A stretch of 36,220 nucleotides of DNA from an uncultured Gammaproteobacteria bacterium (GTDB lineage Bacteria; Patescibacteriota; Microgenomatia; Daviesbacterales; UBA10151), in NCBI GenBank assembly GCA_964394845.1, contig CAYMZB010000039.1, positions 1-36,220 of the forward strand. The letters are read 5' to 3'. The position numbers and the translations under genes were made by a program. How positions within the stretch are numbered: the stretch's first letter is position 1; every line of letters begins with the position of its first letter. Under the pieces are notes generated by a model that ran no database searches, was not told the origin of the DNA, and saw nothing but the letters and a program-made list of their open reading frames with translations. Shown here piece by piece: positions 1 to 9,914 of the stretch.

Positions 1-44
1 GTTTCAATTTTCAAACATTAATCATTGATTCATTGAAAATTCAA

Positions 45-72
45 TGTAAATTGCAAATTGTAAATTGAAAAT
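45..72. repeat. tandem heptamer array tgtaaat/tgcaaat/tgtaaat/tgaaaat
   Basis: Four consecutive 7-nt units read directly in the spacer downstream of the 78..764 gene. The same word family recurs at 1818-1845, 22425-22455 (reverse orientation) and 32991-33033. Confidence 0.8.
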
Positions 73-77
73 TAAAT

Positions 78-764
78 TCATACAATGAATTTCTCTGCTT
101 TAGCTTTTTCCAATGCCTCATAAACAAGGTCCAGCTGGTCATTCAAAGACAATTTTTTTACTAATACTGTATTGAGGGTTTGCTCGATTATGGCAATAAT
201 ATTTTCATCAATTAATTTAAGCCGGGTACTTTTATAAGTATCAATTAATTGTCTGGCGCTTTTAAGTTCTAACTCAATGGAAGAAGTAGTTTTTTGCTCT
301 GTTTCTATTAAAAAATCAGCCAGCCTGGCTTCAACTCTTTCGAAAAGTTGGTTGATCCTTTGTTGTCCGGCTTGTTTGCCGGCTTCTTCAAACTCTGCGC
401 TTCTTTTTTGTAGATCTTGCATAAAGCCCAGGAGTTGGCTTTGGCCGGCTCTGATTGCTTGTTGAGACTCATTTAGATGTTGCGAAAGTTTTTGTGAATA
501 TTCCTCTTCCAGCTTACTCCTCTCAATCTTTTCGCCGGCAGTAATCTTTATCCCTGCCAGCTCTGCTTCTCCCAGGATCGCCTGGGATTTTTTAATAGAT
601 TGATTGAGGGTTTCCCAGCCTTTAGTCTTTATTTCTTGCAAGAATTTATCATTTTCTGATTCGAGTTTTCTTCTATGATTATATTCGCGGAGGTACAAAA
701 CTACAGCAGCCAGCGCTAAAGTAGCCAACACGGAAATAACAGGGTTTAGGAGCAGTTCAGACAT
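78..764 (-). CDS. membrane-anchored coiled-coil protein, function unknown (ATP-synthase b-subunit-like architecture)
   Basis: 228-aa ORF. It has one N-terminal hydrophobic helix (NPVISVLATLALAAVVLYL) followed by a long E/K/Q-rich helical region. No catalytic motif is visible. Confidence 0.6.
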   Translation of the reverse strand: MSELLLNPVISVLATLALAAVVLYLREYNHRRKLESENDKFLQEIKTKGWETLNQSIKKSQAILGEAELAGIKITAGEKIERSKLEEEYSQKLSQHLNESQQAIRAGQSQLLGFMQDLQKRSAEFEEAGKQAGQQRINQLFERVEARLADFLIETEQKTTSSIELELKSARQLIDTYKSTRLKLIDENIIAIIEQTLNTVLVKKLSLNDQLDLVYEALEKAKAEKFIV

Positions 765-783
765 AGTTAGATAATAACAAGTT

Positions 784-810
784 AAAAGTCAAAGGTCAAA
801 AGGCAAAAGT
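784..810. repeat. tandem heptamer array aaaagtc/aaaggtc/aaaaggc/aaaagt
   Basis: Read directly in the intergenic spacer between two minus-strand genes. Confidence 0.75.
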
Positions 811-818
811 ATGGTAAT

Positions 819-882
819 CCTTCGACTCGTCCGCCTTTGGCGAGACTTCGCTCAGGAAATATTGACTGAGCTTGTCGAAGTC
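819..882. repeat. GC-rich palindromic intergenic element (family copy a)
   Basis: Local GC-rich block in AT-rich DNA. Nested inverted repeats: cttcgac(820-826)/gtcgaag(874-880), gctcag(850-855)/ctgagc(866-871), cgcc(832-835)/ggcg(839-842). Confidence 0.6.
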
Positions 883-887
883 ATACC

Positions 888-1724
<837 letters not shown>

Positions 1725-1817
1725 TCAATGAAATTTTAGAAGGCAGTGAGTATTCTAATCAATATCTCATTAAATATCAAAGTATGTCAAGGTATTTCCC
1801 GCATAGGCACAAAAGTA

Positions 1818-1845
1818 ATTTACAATTTACAATGTACAATTTAAA
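1818..1845. repeat. tandem heptamer array atttaca/atttaca/atgtaca/atttaaa
   Basis: Read directly in the 357-nt spacer upstream of leuS. It is the reverse complement of the tgtaaat word family. Confidence 0.75.
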
Positions 1846-2048
1846 AACGATCAAAATATATATTTAATACATCAATGAAATCTGATTAGAATGGTTTTTG
1901 ATCTTGTGAAAAGGAATGTGGAAATAGTATTATGTAGTATGTAGTAAGCATCATGGCAAATCGCATTAAAACCATAATACATAATACTTTATACATAATG
2001 CTTGCTTAGGATTTAACAAAACTGCATGATTATGCTAAGATCGAATTT

Positions 2049-4370
2049 ATGAAGAAGTACATACCCTCTCAAATTGAGCCTAAATGGCAGGAAAAGTGGA
2101 AAGAAAATAAACTTCACTTAACTGATTTATCAAACACAAAGAATAAGTACTATATTTTAGTCGAACTTCCATATACCTCCGGCGATCTTCATATGGGTCA
2201 CTGGTTTACCTTTACCATGGGTGATATTTTAGCCAGGTTTAAAGTTAGAGTTGGTTTTAATGTGCTTTTTCCTAATGGTTTTGACGCTTTTGGATTGCCT
2301 GCAGAAAATGCTGCTATCAAGCAGAGAATTCACCCCAGGGATTGGACTTATGCCAATATGGAACGCATGAGAACTCAATTTGAAACCTTAGGCACGTCTA
2401 TTGACTGGACTAAAACTATGGTTGCCTGTGACCCAAAATATTATAAGTGGAATCAGTGGATCTTTTTAAAGATGCTAGAGAAAGGTTTAGCTTACAGGGG
2501 TAAACTTCTATCAAATTGGTGCCCAAAAGATGCTACTGTATTAGCTAATGAGAATGTGGAGAATGGAAAATGTTGGAGGTGTGGAACAGAAGTAATTCAA
2601 AAAGAAATAGAACAATGGTTTTTTAAGATCACTCAGTTTGCAGACAGGCTGCAATGGAGCGATCCGCCTCAAGTCGATTGGCCAAAATCTCTTCAGGCAG
2701 GACAAAATGGCTGGATTGGTAGATCTGAAGGTATGCTTTTAGATTTTGATGGGATAAAAGTTTTTACCACTAAGCCTGAAACTACTGATGGAGCCACATT
2801 TGTAGTTATCAGTCCTGAACATCCTCTTCTGGCAGATCTAACTTTAGATCAACAAAAAGAGCAAGTCAAAAAATATCTGGCAGTTGCCAAAAAGAAAAGC
2901 GAACTTGAGAGAAAAGAAAGCAAGGAAAAGACAGGAGTTTTTACAGGTAGTTTTGTAAAAAACCCAGTTACTGGTAAGGAAATTCCCGTTTGGATTGCAG
3001 ATTATGTTTTAATGGATTATGGAACAGGAGCGATTATGGCTGTACCATACGCAGATGATAGGGATAAGGCGTTTGCTGAAAAATTTAATCTACCAATTAT
3101 TGAAACCAGCTTCAAATCTATTCCAACAGGTGAGAGAAAAGTTAATTATCACTTGCATGACTGGTCAATATCAAGACAGCGTTACTGGGGTACGCCAATT
3201 CCCGTTATCTATTGTGATAAATGCGGTACAGTGCCGGTTCCGGAAAAAGACCTGCCGGTAGAATTACCCTACAAAGTGGATTATGCGCCAAAAGGCAAAC
3301 CGCCTCTGGCAACAGCAGAGGATTGGGTGAATACGGTCTGCCCCAATTGCGGGGGGCCTGCAAAAAGGGAAGTAGAAACCATGGATACATTTGTTGATTC
3401 TGCCTGGTACTTTTTCCGGTATTTGGATCCTGAAAACGATCAGGAAATTTTTGATAAAGAAGTGATCAAAAGTTGGATGCCGCTTGAGATCTATATTGGA
3501 GGGCCGGAGCATACTTTAGGGCATGCTTTGTATTCCAGGTTTTTTACTAAAGTTTTTAAAGATTTAGGTCTGATTAATTTTGACGAGTATGCCTTAAAAC
3601 GGATTCACCATGGCACTATCTTAGGCACTGACGGGTCCAGGATGAGTAAATCCCGGGGCAATGTGATAAACCCTGATCAGGAGGTCAAAAATTACGGCGC
3701 CGACGCGATTAGGCTTTATCTGATGTTTCTGGGGCCATTTGATATTGTAACTCCTTGGAACCCAAATGGAGTTAACGGCGCCTATCATTTCCTGCAAAGG
3801 GTTTGGGGGTTACAAGAGAAGGTAGAGTCAAGAGTCAAGAGTCAAGAGTCAAGTAAAGGAAAGTCTAGACTCTCGACTCTAGCGACTAGCGACTTAAGAA
3901 TGATGCATAAGACAATCAAGAAAGTAACAGAAGATATTGAAGTAATTAAATTTAATACAGCCATTGCTAGCCTGATGGAGTGGTTAAACCACTTATCCCG
4001 TAAGGAAAAAGTTTCTGAGGAGGAATACAAAACATTTTTATTACTTTTAGCTCCTTTTGCGCCTCATATAACAGAAGAATTATGGTTCTCCTTTGCCAAG
4101 GCTTCGGAGGATAAACAGAATTGGTCAATTCATAAGCACTCATGGCCGGAGTTTGATAATAAATATTTAGAAGAAGAACAAGTCAATGTAGTTGTCCAAG
4201 TAAACGGGAAAGTTCGTGGTTTGCTGGTGATACAAAAAGATATAATAGATAATAAAGAGGTAGTAGAAAAAATGGCAATGAAGAGTGCAAAAGTGCAAAA
4301 CTCCCTAGAGGGAAAATCTGTGAAAAGAGTTATCTACATACATGGAAAGATAATCAACCTCGTTGTCTAA
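2049..4370 (+). CDS. leuS: leucyl-tRNA synthetase
   Basis: 773-aa ORF. HIGH-type motif GDLHMGHWF, KMSKS loop SRMSKSRGN, CP1 editing signature TTKPETTDG, and LeuRS-typical HDWSISRQRYWGTPIP and VVVQVNGKVRG. Confidence 0.95.
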   Translation: MKKYIPSQIEPKWQEKWKENKLHLTDLSNTKNKYYILVELPYTSGDLHMGHWFTFTMGDILARFKVRVGFNVLFPNGFDAFGLPAENAAIKQRIHPRDWTYANMERMRTQFETLGTSIDWTKTMVACDPKYYKWNQWIFLKMLEKGLAYRGKLLSNWCPKDATVLANENVENGKCWRCGTEVIQKEIEQWFFKITQFADRLQWSDPPQVDWPKSLQAGQNGWIGRSEGMLLDFDGIKVFTTKPETTDGATFVVISPEHPLLADLTLDQQKEQVKKYLAVAKKKSELERKESKEKTGVFTGSFVKNPVTGKEIPVWIADYVLMDYGTGAIMAVPYADDRDKAFAEKFNLPIIETSFKSIPTGERKVNYHLHDWSISRQRYWGTPIPVIYCDKCGTVPVPEKDLPVELPYKVDYAPKGKPPLATAEDWVNTVCPNCGGPAKREVETMDTFVDSAWYFFRYLDPENDQEIFDKEVIKSWMPLEIYIGGPEHTLGHALYSRFFTKVFKDLGLINFDEYALKRIHHGTILGTDGSRMSKSRGNVINPDQEVKNYGADAIRLYLMFLGPFDIVTPWNPNGVNGAYHFLQRVWGLQEKVESRVKSQESSKGKSRLSTLATSDLRMMHKTIKKVTEDIEVIKFNTAIASLMEWLNHLSRKEKVSEEEYKTFLLLLAPFAPHITEELWFSFAKASEDKQNWSIHKHSWPEFDNKYLEEEQVNVVVQVNGKVRGLLVIQKDIIDNKEVVEKMAMKSAKVQNSLEGKSVKRVIYIHGKIINLVV
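3824..3897. repeat. in-frame palindromic heptamer block inside leuS
   Basis: (agagtca)x4 at 3824-3851 and (gactctN/gcgactN)x4 at 3868-3895 form an imperfect inverted repeat. It encodes ..VESRVKSQESSKGKSRLSTLATSD.. in the variable linker before the anticodon-binding domain. Confidence 0.8.
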
Positions 4371-4483
4371 GAATATTAGCACAATTATCTTTTGAGTGCT
4401 AAGGACAAAGATCAACAGTTTAGCTTGTTAGGACAAGATAGATTAAAAAGAGGTTAGAATCATGTAAGGCACTTGTAATAATG

Positions 4484-4492
4484 TGGTATAAT
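4484..4492 (+). promoter_or_regulatory. extended -10 box tggtataat, 9 nt before ATG 4502
   Basis: TGnTATAAT match read directly. There is no Shine-Dalgarno between it and the ATG. Confidence 0.4.
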
Positions 4493-4501
4493 TTATTTAC
4501 A

Positions 4502-4933
4502 ATGCCCAACAATCTTCATCAATCTTCCATGCGTTCAGATTATTGGCTTCTTTCAAGACTTGACACAATTTGGTCTAAGCATTTTCCGGACGTAGATCAA
4601 ACTAATCCGATTAACATTAAATTTGGCAGGTGCTCAAAATATCGTCTTGGTTCAATTAAACTTAACCGTCGAACTAATCGGAGCCACATTACTATTACTG
4701 CAATGTTTAAAAATGAAAATATCCCATCTTCAGTTATTGATCACACCTTAGCCCACGAATTGGTTCACTATGCCCATGGCTTTTCTTCTAAAAGAGCTCG
4801 CCTTCATAAATATCCTCATGCAGGAGGCGTTGTGCAAAGAGAGATGGAGGAAAGAGGTATGGGTTATTTGAATAAAGCATATAAGTCCTGGGTTAAGCAG
4901 TACCGCAAACAACTCATGGCAAATGCCCGTTAA
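4502..4933 (+). CDS. SprT-like zinc metalloprotease domain protein
   Basis: HExxH motif in LAHELVHYAHG. The ORF-track start at 4481 lies inside the -10 box, so ATG 4502 (MPNNLHQ..) is preferred. Confidence 0.6.
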   Translation: MPNNLHQSSMRSDYWLLSRLDTIWSKHFPDVDQTNPINIKFGRCSKYRLGSIKLNRRTNRSHITITAMFKNENIPSSVIDHTLAHELVHYAHGFSSKRARLHKYPHAGGVVQREMEERGMGYLNKAYKSWVKQYRKQLMANAR

Positions 4934-5522
4934 TATACTTGCAAATATTGATAAATATAAACTTCCTATAGCTTTATCTATTCTTGGCGCTGTTTTAATA
5001 ATAGGTGGAATTTTTGCCTCAGGTATAAATAAACAATCAAGCAGTTCTGCAAGCAAGCAGGATTTTCCTAAAGAAAGTTTAGTACAAGCTACTAAAATGA
5101 TTTCTATAGATGTGTCAGGTGCGGTTTTAACTCCCGGGGTATACCAGTTAAAAGATGGGTCTAGAATAGAGGATGCCATAAAAATTGCCAATGGGTTTTC
5201 GGAAAATGTTAATCAGGAGTTTGTATCTAAATATCTAAATATGGCACAAAAACTATCAGATGGCAGTAAGGTTTACGTTCCAGGTAAAGGAGAGGAACCA
5301 CCTAGTCAAATCAGTGCAGTTGCAGGGACTAAATCTCAGGGCAAAGTTAATATCAATACAGCTTCGGAAGCTGAAATAGAAGCTTTACCGGGAATCGGTC
5401 CTGTTACAGCTTCAAAGATTATTAGTGGAAGACCTTATCAGCAAATAGAAGATTTGTTTAATAAGAAAATAGTTGGTAAGGCCGTATTTGAAAAAATTAA
5501 AGATTCAGTTGGATTATATTAG
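4923..5522 (+). CDS. comEA: ComEA-type DNA receptor (TM + SLBB + helix-hairpin-helix)
   Basis: N-terminal TM helix, SLBB-like ISIDVSGAVLTPGVYQLKDGSRIEDAI, and C-terminal HhH NINTASEAEIEALPGIGPVTASKIISGRPY. Confidence 0.85.
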   Translation: MPVNILANIDKYKLPIALSILGAVLIIGGIFASGINKQSSSSASKQDFPKESLVQATKMISIDVSGAVLTPGVYQLKDGSRIEDAIKIANGFSENVNQEFVSKYLNMAQKLSDGSKVYVPGKGEEPPSQISAVAGTKSQGKVNINTASEAEIEALPGIGPVTASKIISGRPYQQIEDLFNKKIVGKAVFEKIKDSVGLY

Positions 5523-5527
5523 AGGGT

Positions 5528-6526
5528 ATGAGAGAGTTTATACCCCGGGATAAACTACCTCTGATTTTAGGTATACTTCTTTATATTTTGATATACTTTC
5601 TTAGATCTCAGCAAGGTGGATGGGAGCCTAAGATAGATATGCTGGGAGCGCAGAGAAAAGCTCTAGATCAAAGAATTAGCCAAATATTACCCTCGCTGCA
5701 AGCAGAGCTGCTCTCCGGAATTTTACTGGGTCAAAATAAAGATCTTCCTGGTGAGTTTAAACTAGCTTTAAGGGATACTTCAACATTACATATTGTGGTA
5801 GCTTCAGGTCAAAACTTAAGTATGGTGGCAGGATTTTTTCTGGTCCTTTCTGGTTTGGTCAAACAAAGAGTTGCTATTTTCCTTAGCTTAATAGCAGTTG
5901 TTACCTATACATTGCTAACAGGCTTACAAGTACCAATTTTAAGAGCAGCTTTAATGTTTAGTTTGTCTTCTTTAGCACAATTATTCGGCAGGCAAAAAGA
6001 TGGTTTAAGAATATTAATCATGACTGCTTCTTTAATGCTCCTGGTTAATCCCTCTTGGGTTTCTGATTTATCATTTCAGCTTAGTTTTTTGGCAACCTTG
6101 GGAATAGTAGTTGCCGCACCTATTTTGCTTAAATACCTGAAGATTTTACCTCTTATTGGCCAAGATTTGTCTGTTACTTTAGGGGCACAACTTATGGTAA
6201 CACCTATAATTATCCAAGATTTTCATCAGTTGTCTTTAGTTAGTGTGGTAACAAACCTTTTAATAGGCTGGACAATACCTTTCATAATGATTCTAGGAAC
6301 AATCATGGTTATTTTAAGTTTCGTATCAACAGGACTTGCTTGGCTTTTGGGTATTATGACTTCAGTGTTGCTAACTTACTTTATTTATATAGTCCATTTT
6401 TTTGCTTCTTTGCCTTTTGCCTGGGAATACATAGGGGAGCAAGCATGGATAGTTTGGGCAGGATATTATATTTTACTTACAGGGATTATGTTATTATTAA
6501 ATAATGCTAAAACAAAAGATTCTTGA
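5528..6526 (+). CDS. comEC: ComEC/Rec2 competence channel domain only (no OB or beta-lactamase domains)
   Basis: 332-aa polytopic membrane ORF with the ComEC core motif LRDTSTLHIVVASGQNLSMVAGFF. It lies directly after comEA. Confidence 0.8.
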   Translation: MREFIPRDKLPLILGILLYILIYFLRSQQGGWEPKIDMLGAQRKALDQRISQILPSLQAELLSGILLGQNKDLPGEFKLALRDTSTLHIVVASGQNLSMVAGFFLVLSGLVKQRVAIFLSLIAVVTYTLLTGLQVPILRAALMFSLSSLAQLFGRQKDGLRILIMTASLMLLVNPSWVSDLSFQLSFLATLGIVVAAPILLKYLKILPLIGQDLSVTLGAQLMVTPIIIQDFHQLSLVSVVTNLLIGWTIPFIMILGTIMVILSFVSTGLAWLLGIMTSVLLTYFIYIVHFFASLPFAWEYIGEQAWIVWAGYYILLTGIMLLLNNAKTKDS

Positions 6527-8171
6527 AGATTTAAAAAAAGCAACTGAAGGGTTAGGCTATCCATCAACTGATATAGTTTTATCTATTCCCAAAAATCCTA
6601 CCTTTGGAACATACAGTACGAATTTGGCCTTGCAGCTTTCTAAACTAAACAATGGTTTTGATAAGCATTCGCCAACTGATATTGCTAATCATATTTTGGA
6701 AAAACTTGGCACGCCGGAATATTTAGAAAAAGTAGAAATTGCCGGAGGAGGTTTTATTAATTTTTTTGTAAAAGATGAAGAATTAGTAAATGATACAAAT
6801 CTTCGAGAAGTAGAAAATCCTCAGAAAATACTTATCGAGTATGGCCATGTTAATCCTTTAAAAGAAATTCACATTGGACATTTGAGAACTTTTATTTTAG
6901 GGGAAAGTCTTTGTAGGATTTTGGAGTTTCTTGGTAATAAAGTCTTTAGGGCGAATTATCAGGGAGACATTGGTTTGCATATTGCCAAGGCAATCTGGGG
7001 CATAAAAAAAAAGGGGTTGCCTGCCAAGGAGCTAAATTTGAGAGAAAAGGCTAAATTTATGGGTCAAGCTTATGCGAGAGGCAGCAAAATGTATGAGCAG
7101 GATCCTAATTTAAAAAAAGAGATAGATAAAATTAATATTGGTCTTTATCAAAAAGATCCGGAACTAAAAAAGATATATGAATTGGCTAGAGCTTGGAGTT
7201 TAGAATATTTTGAGCCTATATACGCTTTACTCGGCGTTAAATATGACCGCTGCTTTTTTGAGAGTGAAGTTTTTGAGGATGGTAAAAAAGTAGTCTTAGA
7301 AAATATAAGAAAGGTTTTTGAAGAAAGTGAGGGAGCAGTAATATTCCCTGGAGAAAAATACGGACTGCATAGTAGAGTATTTATAACTCAAGCAGGTAAC
7401 CCAACCTACGAGGGAAAAGAGGTGGGATTAGCTAAGTTTGAATATTCAATCTTTGAGTATGATAAAGCAATTCATGTAGTAGCAGAGGAGCAAGCTGGTT
7501 ATTTCCAGGTTGTTTTTAAGGCTATTGAAATGGTTTTTCCATACCTTAAAGATAAAAAATATCACCTCTCATATGGTCTGGTTGATCTTAAAGAAGGAAA
7601 GATGTCTTCCAGAACAGGCAATGTTATTACAGTAGACGATCTATTAAAGGCAGTTTCTGAAAAGGTTAGAGGGGTAATGAAGCAAAACAAAGGAGAAGTT
7701 GATAAAAATGTTACTGCGCAAATAGCTATGGGTGCTATTAAATTCTCTTATCTTAAATTTTCCCCTACACCAAATATAGTTTTTGATCTTGAGGAATCAG
7801 TTTCTTTAAACGGCGATAGTGGGCCATATGTTCAATATACTTATGCCAGAATCCAATCTGTTCTTAAAAATGCTGAAAAAGGATTAGAAAAAAGTAATGT
7901 AAAAGTTAACTTGAGTTCTGAGGAGCGAATGCTGTTTCGGCATCTTCTTTATTTTATTGATTATGTTGAGGAATCAGCTTCTGCCTATCACCCAAATCTT
8001 TTGGCCTCATACTTAATACAGCTCTCCAGGCTGTATAATATTTTCTACCAGGATTGTAGAATAATAGGCTCTGAAAAAGAAGGATTCAGACTTAAGTTAT
8101 CTTCTAGGGTTGGGGAAGTTTTAAAACAAGGTCTTTATCTTTTAGGTATAGAGGCGCCTGATAAAATGTAA
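6504..8171 (+). CDS. argS: arginyl-tRNA synthetase
   Basis: 555-aa ORF. HIGH motif EIHIGHLR, KMSKS variant GKMSSRTGN, and a DALR-type C-terminal domain ending in ..APDKM. Confidence 0.9.
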   Translation: MLKQKILEDLKKATEGLGYPSTDIVLSIPKNPTFGTYSTNLALQLSKLNNGFDKHSPTDIANHILEKLGTPEYLEKVEIAGGGFINFFVKDEELVNDTNLREVENPQKILIEYGHVNPLKEIHIGHLRTFILGESLCRILEFLGNKVFRANYQGDIGLHIAKAIWGIKKKGLPAKELNLREKAKFMGQAYARGSKMYEQDPNLKKEIDKINIGLYQKDPELKKIYELARAWSLEYFEPIYALLGVKYDRCFFESEVFEDGKKVVLENIRKVFEESEGAVIFPGEKYGLHSRVFITQAGNPTYEGKEVGLAKFEYSIFEYDKAIHVVAEEQAGYFQVVFKAIEMVFPYLKDKKYHLSYGLVDLKEGKMSSRTGNVITVDDLLKAVSEKVRGVMKQNKGEVDKNVTAQIAMGAIKFSYLKFSPTPNIVFDLEESVSLNGDSGPYVQYTYARIQSVLKNAEKGLEKSNVKVNLSSEERMLFRHLLYFIDYVEESASAYHPNLLASYLIQLSRLYNIFYQDCRIIGSEKEGFRLKLSSRVGEVLKQGLYLLGIEAPDKM

Positions 8172-8173
8172 CC

Positions 8174-9193
8174 ATGTTTAAAAAAGAACATCGTAAACGA
8201 TCTAGTAATCCACTGTTTGTTATATTTAGACTGGTTTTAAGTCTTATTATGTTTGCAGTTTTGCTGGCAGGTGTCTACAGTGCTTACAAGCACTTTTCCG
8301 GTTTGGATCCGCTCAAAATTGACCCTCAATCTGTTTTTAAAAATATAGTAGGCATGAAAAATCCTGGTCAACTGTTTGCAGTATTATCTGCTATTAAACT
8401 ACCTAAAGGACTGCCAGTCAGCAGTCAGGTTATAGATAAGACTGCTGAGGTAACTGTCAATAGACAAAGCCAACATATTTTTAGATTTTTATTAGTTGCA
8501 GATTCGCACAATGATAATGAAAATTTAAAAAAAGCTATTTCTAAAGCAAAAACAGATTATCCTGATATCTCATTTATTATTGGTTTAGGGGATTATACAA
8601 GTGTTGGAACTATCGAAGAGTTAAAAAACGCTAAAAAAGAACTAGATAGTTCTGGTTTGAGATATTTTTTAACACCGGGTGATCATGATCTTTGGGATTC
8701 CAGAAATAGATCTTTAAATGCTACTGCAAATTTTGTTCAAGTTTTTGGTCCAACTTATCAAAGTTTTTCTTATCAAAATTATCGTTTTTTACTCTTAGAT
8801 AATAGTGATGATTATCTCGGGTTTAGTGAAACTCAGTTAAACTGGATTACTGATGAGTTAGAAAAGGCAAAAATAGATTCAATTAAGGATATATTTGTTT
8901 TTGTTCACGAACCATTATTTCACCCTTCTTCGGATCATGTTATGGGTAAGATTGATAAGGATTTAAAAAGACAGGCAAGGAACTTAGTATTTCAATTAAA
9001 AGGGGCTGGGGTAAAGAAAGTTTTTGCTGGCGACACCCACTATTTTAGTGAATATTCAGAACCTGAAACTAATCTTTCTATGATTACTGTTGGAGCAGTG
9101 ACAATAGAGCGTAATCCTCAAGCTCCCAGGTTTGCTGTAGTTTCTGTATTTGAGGATGGGACGACTTATGTAGAAGATATACAGATTAAGTGA
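8174..9193 (+). CDS. membrane-anchored calcineurin-like metallophosphoesterase
   Basis: N-terminal TM helix plus the motifs VADSHND, GLGDYT, PGDHD, VFVHEP and GDTHYF. Confidence 0.8.
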   Translation: MFKKEHRKRSSNPLFVIFRLVLSLIMFAVLLAGVYSAYKHFSGLDPLKIDPQSVFKNIVGMKNPGQLFAVLSAIKLPKGLPVSSQVIDKTAEVTVNRQSQHIFRFLLVADSHNDNENLKKAISKAKTDYPDISFIIGLGDYTSVGTIEELKNAKKELDSSGLRYFLTPGDHDLWDSRNRSLNATANFVQVFGPTYQSFSYQNYRFLLLDNSDDYLGFSETQLNWITDELEKAKIDSIKDIFVFVHEPLFHPSSDHVMGKIDKDLKRQARNLVFQLKGAGVKKVFAGDTHYFSEYSEPETNLSMITVGAVTIERNPQAPRFAVVSVFEDGTTYVEDIQIK

Positions 9194-9208
9194 TAGAATA
9201 ATCCTAAT

Positions 9209-9712
9209 ATGATGCAGAAAACACTAGTGCTGATAAAACCGGATGCAGTTGCAAGAGGGTTGACAGAGGAAATTATTAAAAGATATGCTGCGGCTGGTTT
9301 AACAGTAGTTAAAAGAAAAGAAATGATAGCGCCTATTTCTATCATAGAAAAACATTATCCCATGGATCCGGATTATCTTCGCTCCATTGGAGAAAAAACC
9401 ATAGCTGCCGGCCAGCAAGTAAAAAACGCTGAAGATCAGGGGAAAAAAGTAGTAACCTGGCTTCGAAAATTTATAACTTCCGGTCCAATTGTAGCTTTGC
9501 TTTTGGAAGGGGAGGATGCAATCAAATTGGCAAGAAAAACAACCGGCTTTACTGATCCATCAACAGCTGAAAAAGGCACTATCAGAGGGGATTTAGGGAT
9601 TGATAATATCTTAAAAGCTAACACCGAAGAAAGACCGGTTTATAATTTAATCCATGCTTCAGGCAGTGAGGAAGAAGCTAAAAAAGAAATTGAGCTTTGG
9701 TTTCCCCATTAG
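9209..9712 (+). CDS. ndk: nucleoside diphosphate kinase
   Basis: TLVLIKPDAV start motif and the active-site His context NLIHASGSEEEAKKEIELWF. Confidence 0.85.
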   Translation: MMQKTLVLIKPDAVARGLTEEIIKRYAAAGLTVVKRKEMIAPISIIEKHYPMDPDYLRSIGEKTIAAGQQVKNAEDQGKKVVTWLRKFITSGPIVALLLEGEDAIKLARKTTGFTDPSTAEKGTIRGDLGIDNILKANTEERPVYNLIHASGSEEEAKKEIELWFPH

Positions 9713-9784
9713 TCGGAGACGAGAGAATTGAACTCTCTGCTTCTCGAACCCGAATCGAGCGTTCTACCGATGAACTAGTCTCCG
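9713..9784 (-). tRNA. tRNA-Pro (anticodon CGG), CCA not encoded
   Basis: Hand-folded cloverleaf: cggagac|ta|gttc|atcggta|gaac|g|ctcga|ttCGGgt|tcgag|aagca|gagag|ttcaatt|ctctc|gtctccg|a. It has the C1:G72 pair typical of tRNA-Pro. Confidence 0.85.
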
Positions 9785-9833
9785 TTGCTAACATTATACC
9801 TTCCAAGATGCTAAAATATCTATTAGTTATTGT

Positions 9834-9909
9834 GCCCCTGTAGCTCAGCAGATAGAGCAGCTTCGTCCTAAGAAGTTGGCCGTGAGTGCAATTCTCGCCA
9901 GGGGTACCA
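9834..9909 (+). tRNA. tRNA-Arg (anticodon CCU), CCA encoded; atypical positions
   Basis: Hand-folded: gcccctg|ta|gctc|agcagata|gagc|a|gcttc|gtCCTaa|gaagt|tggcc|gtgag|tgcaatt|ctcgc|caggggt|a|cca. Oddities are a G1:U72 wobble, G32, and a G where U55 is expected. Confidence 0.7.
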
Positions 9910-9914
9910 AAGAT

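Noticed and set aside
2700-3180. Suspicion that the short (773-aa) LeuRS lacks the CP1 editing domain
   Set aside because: The editing-domain landmarks are present and collinear with E. coli LeuRS: GWIGRSEG, TTKPETTDG, ..YGTGAIMAVPYADDRD.. and HDWSISRQRYWG.
4376-4402. Hairpin ttagcac/gtgctaa after the leuS stop codon as an intrinsic terminator
   Set aside because: It has a 7-bp AT-rich stem, a 13-nt loop and no following T run, which is too weak to call.
9876-9914. TTG-initiated extension of the sortase ORF
   Set aside because: It lies inside the tRNA-Arg gene. ATG 9915 gives a normal basic N-terminus followed by a TM helix.
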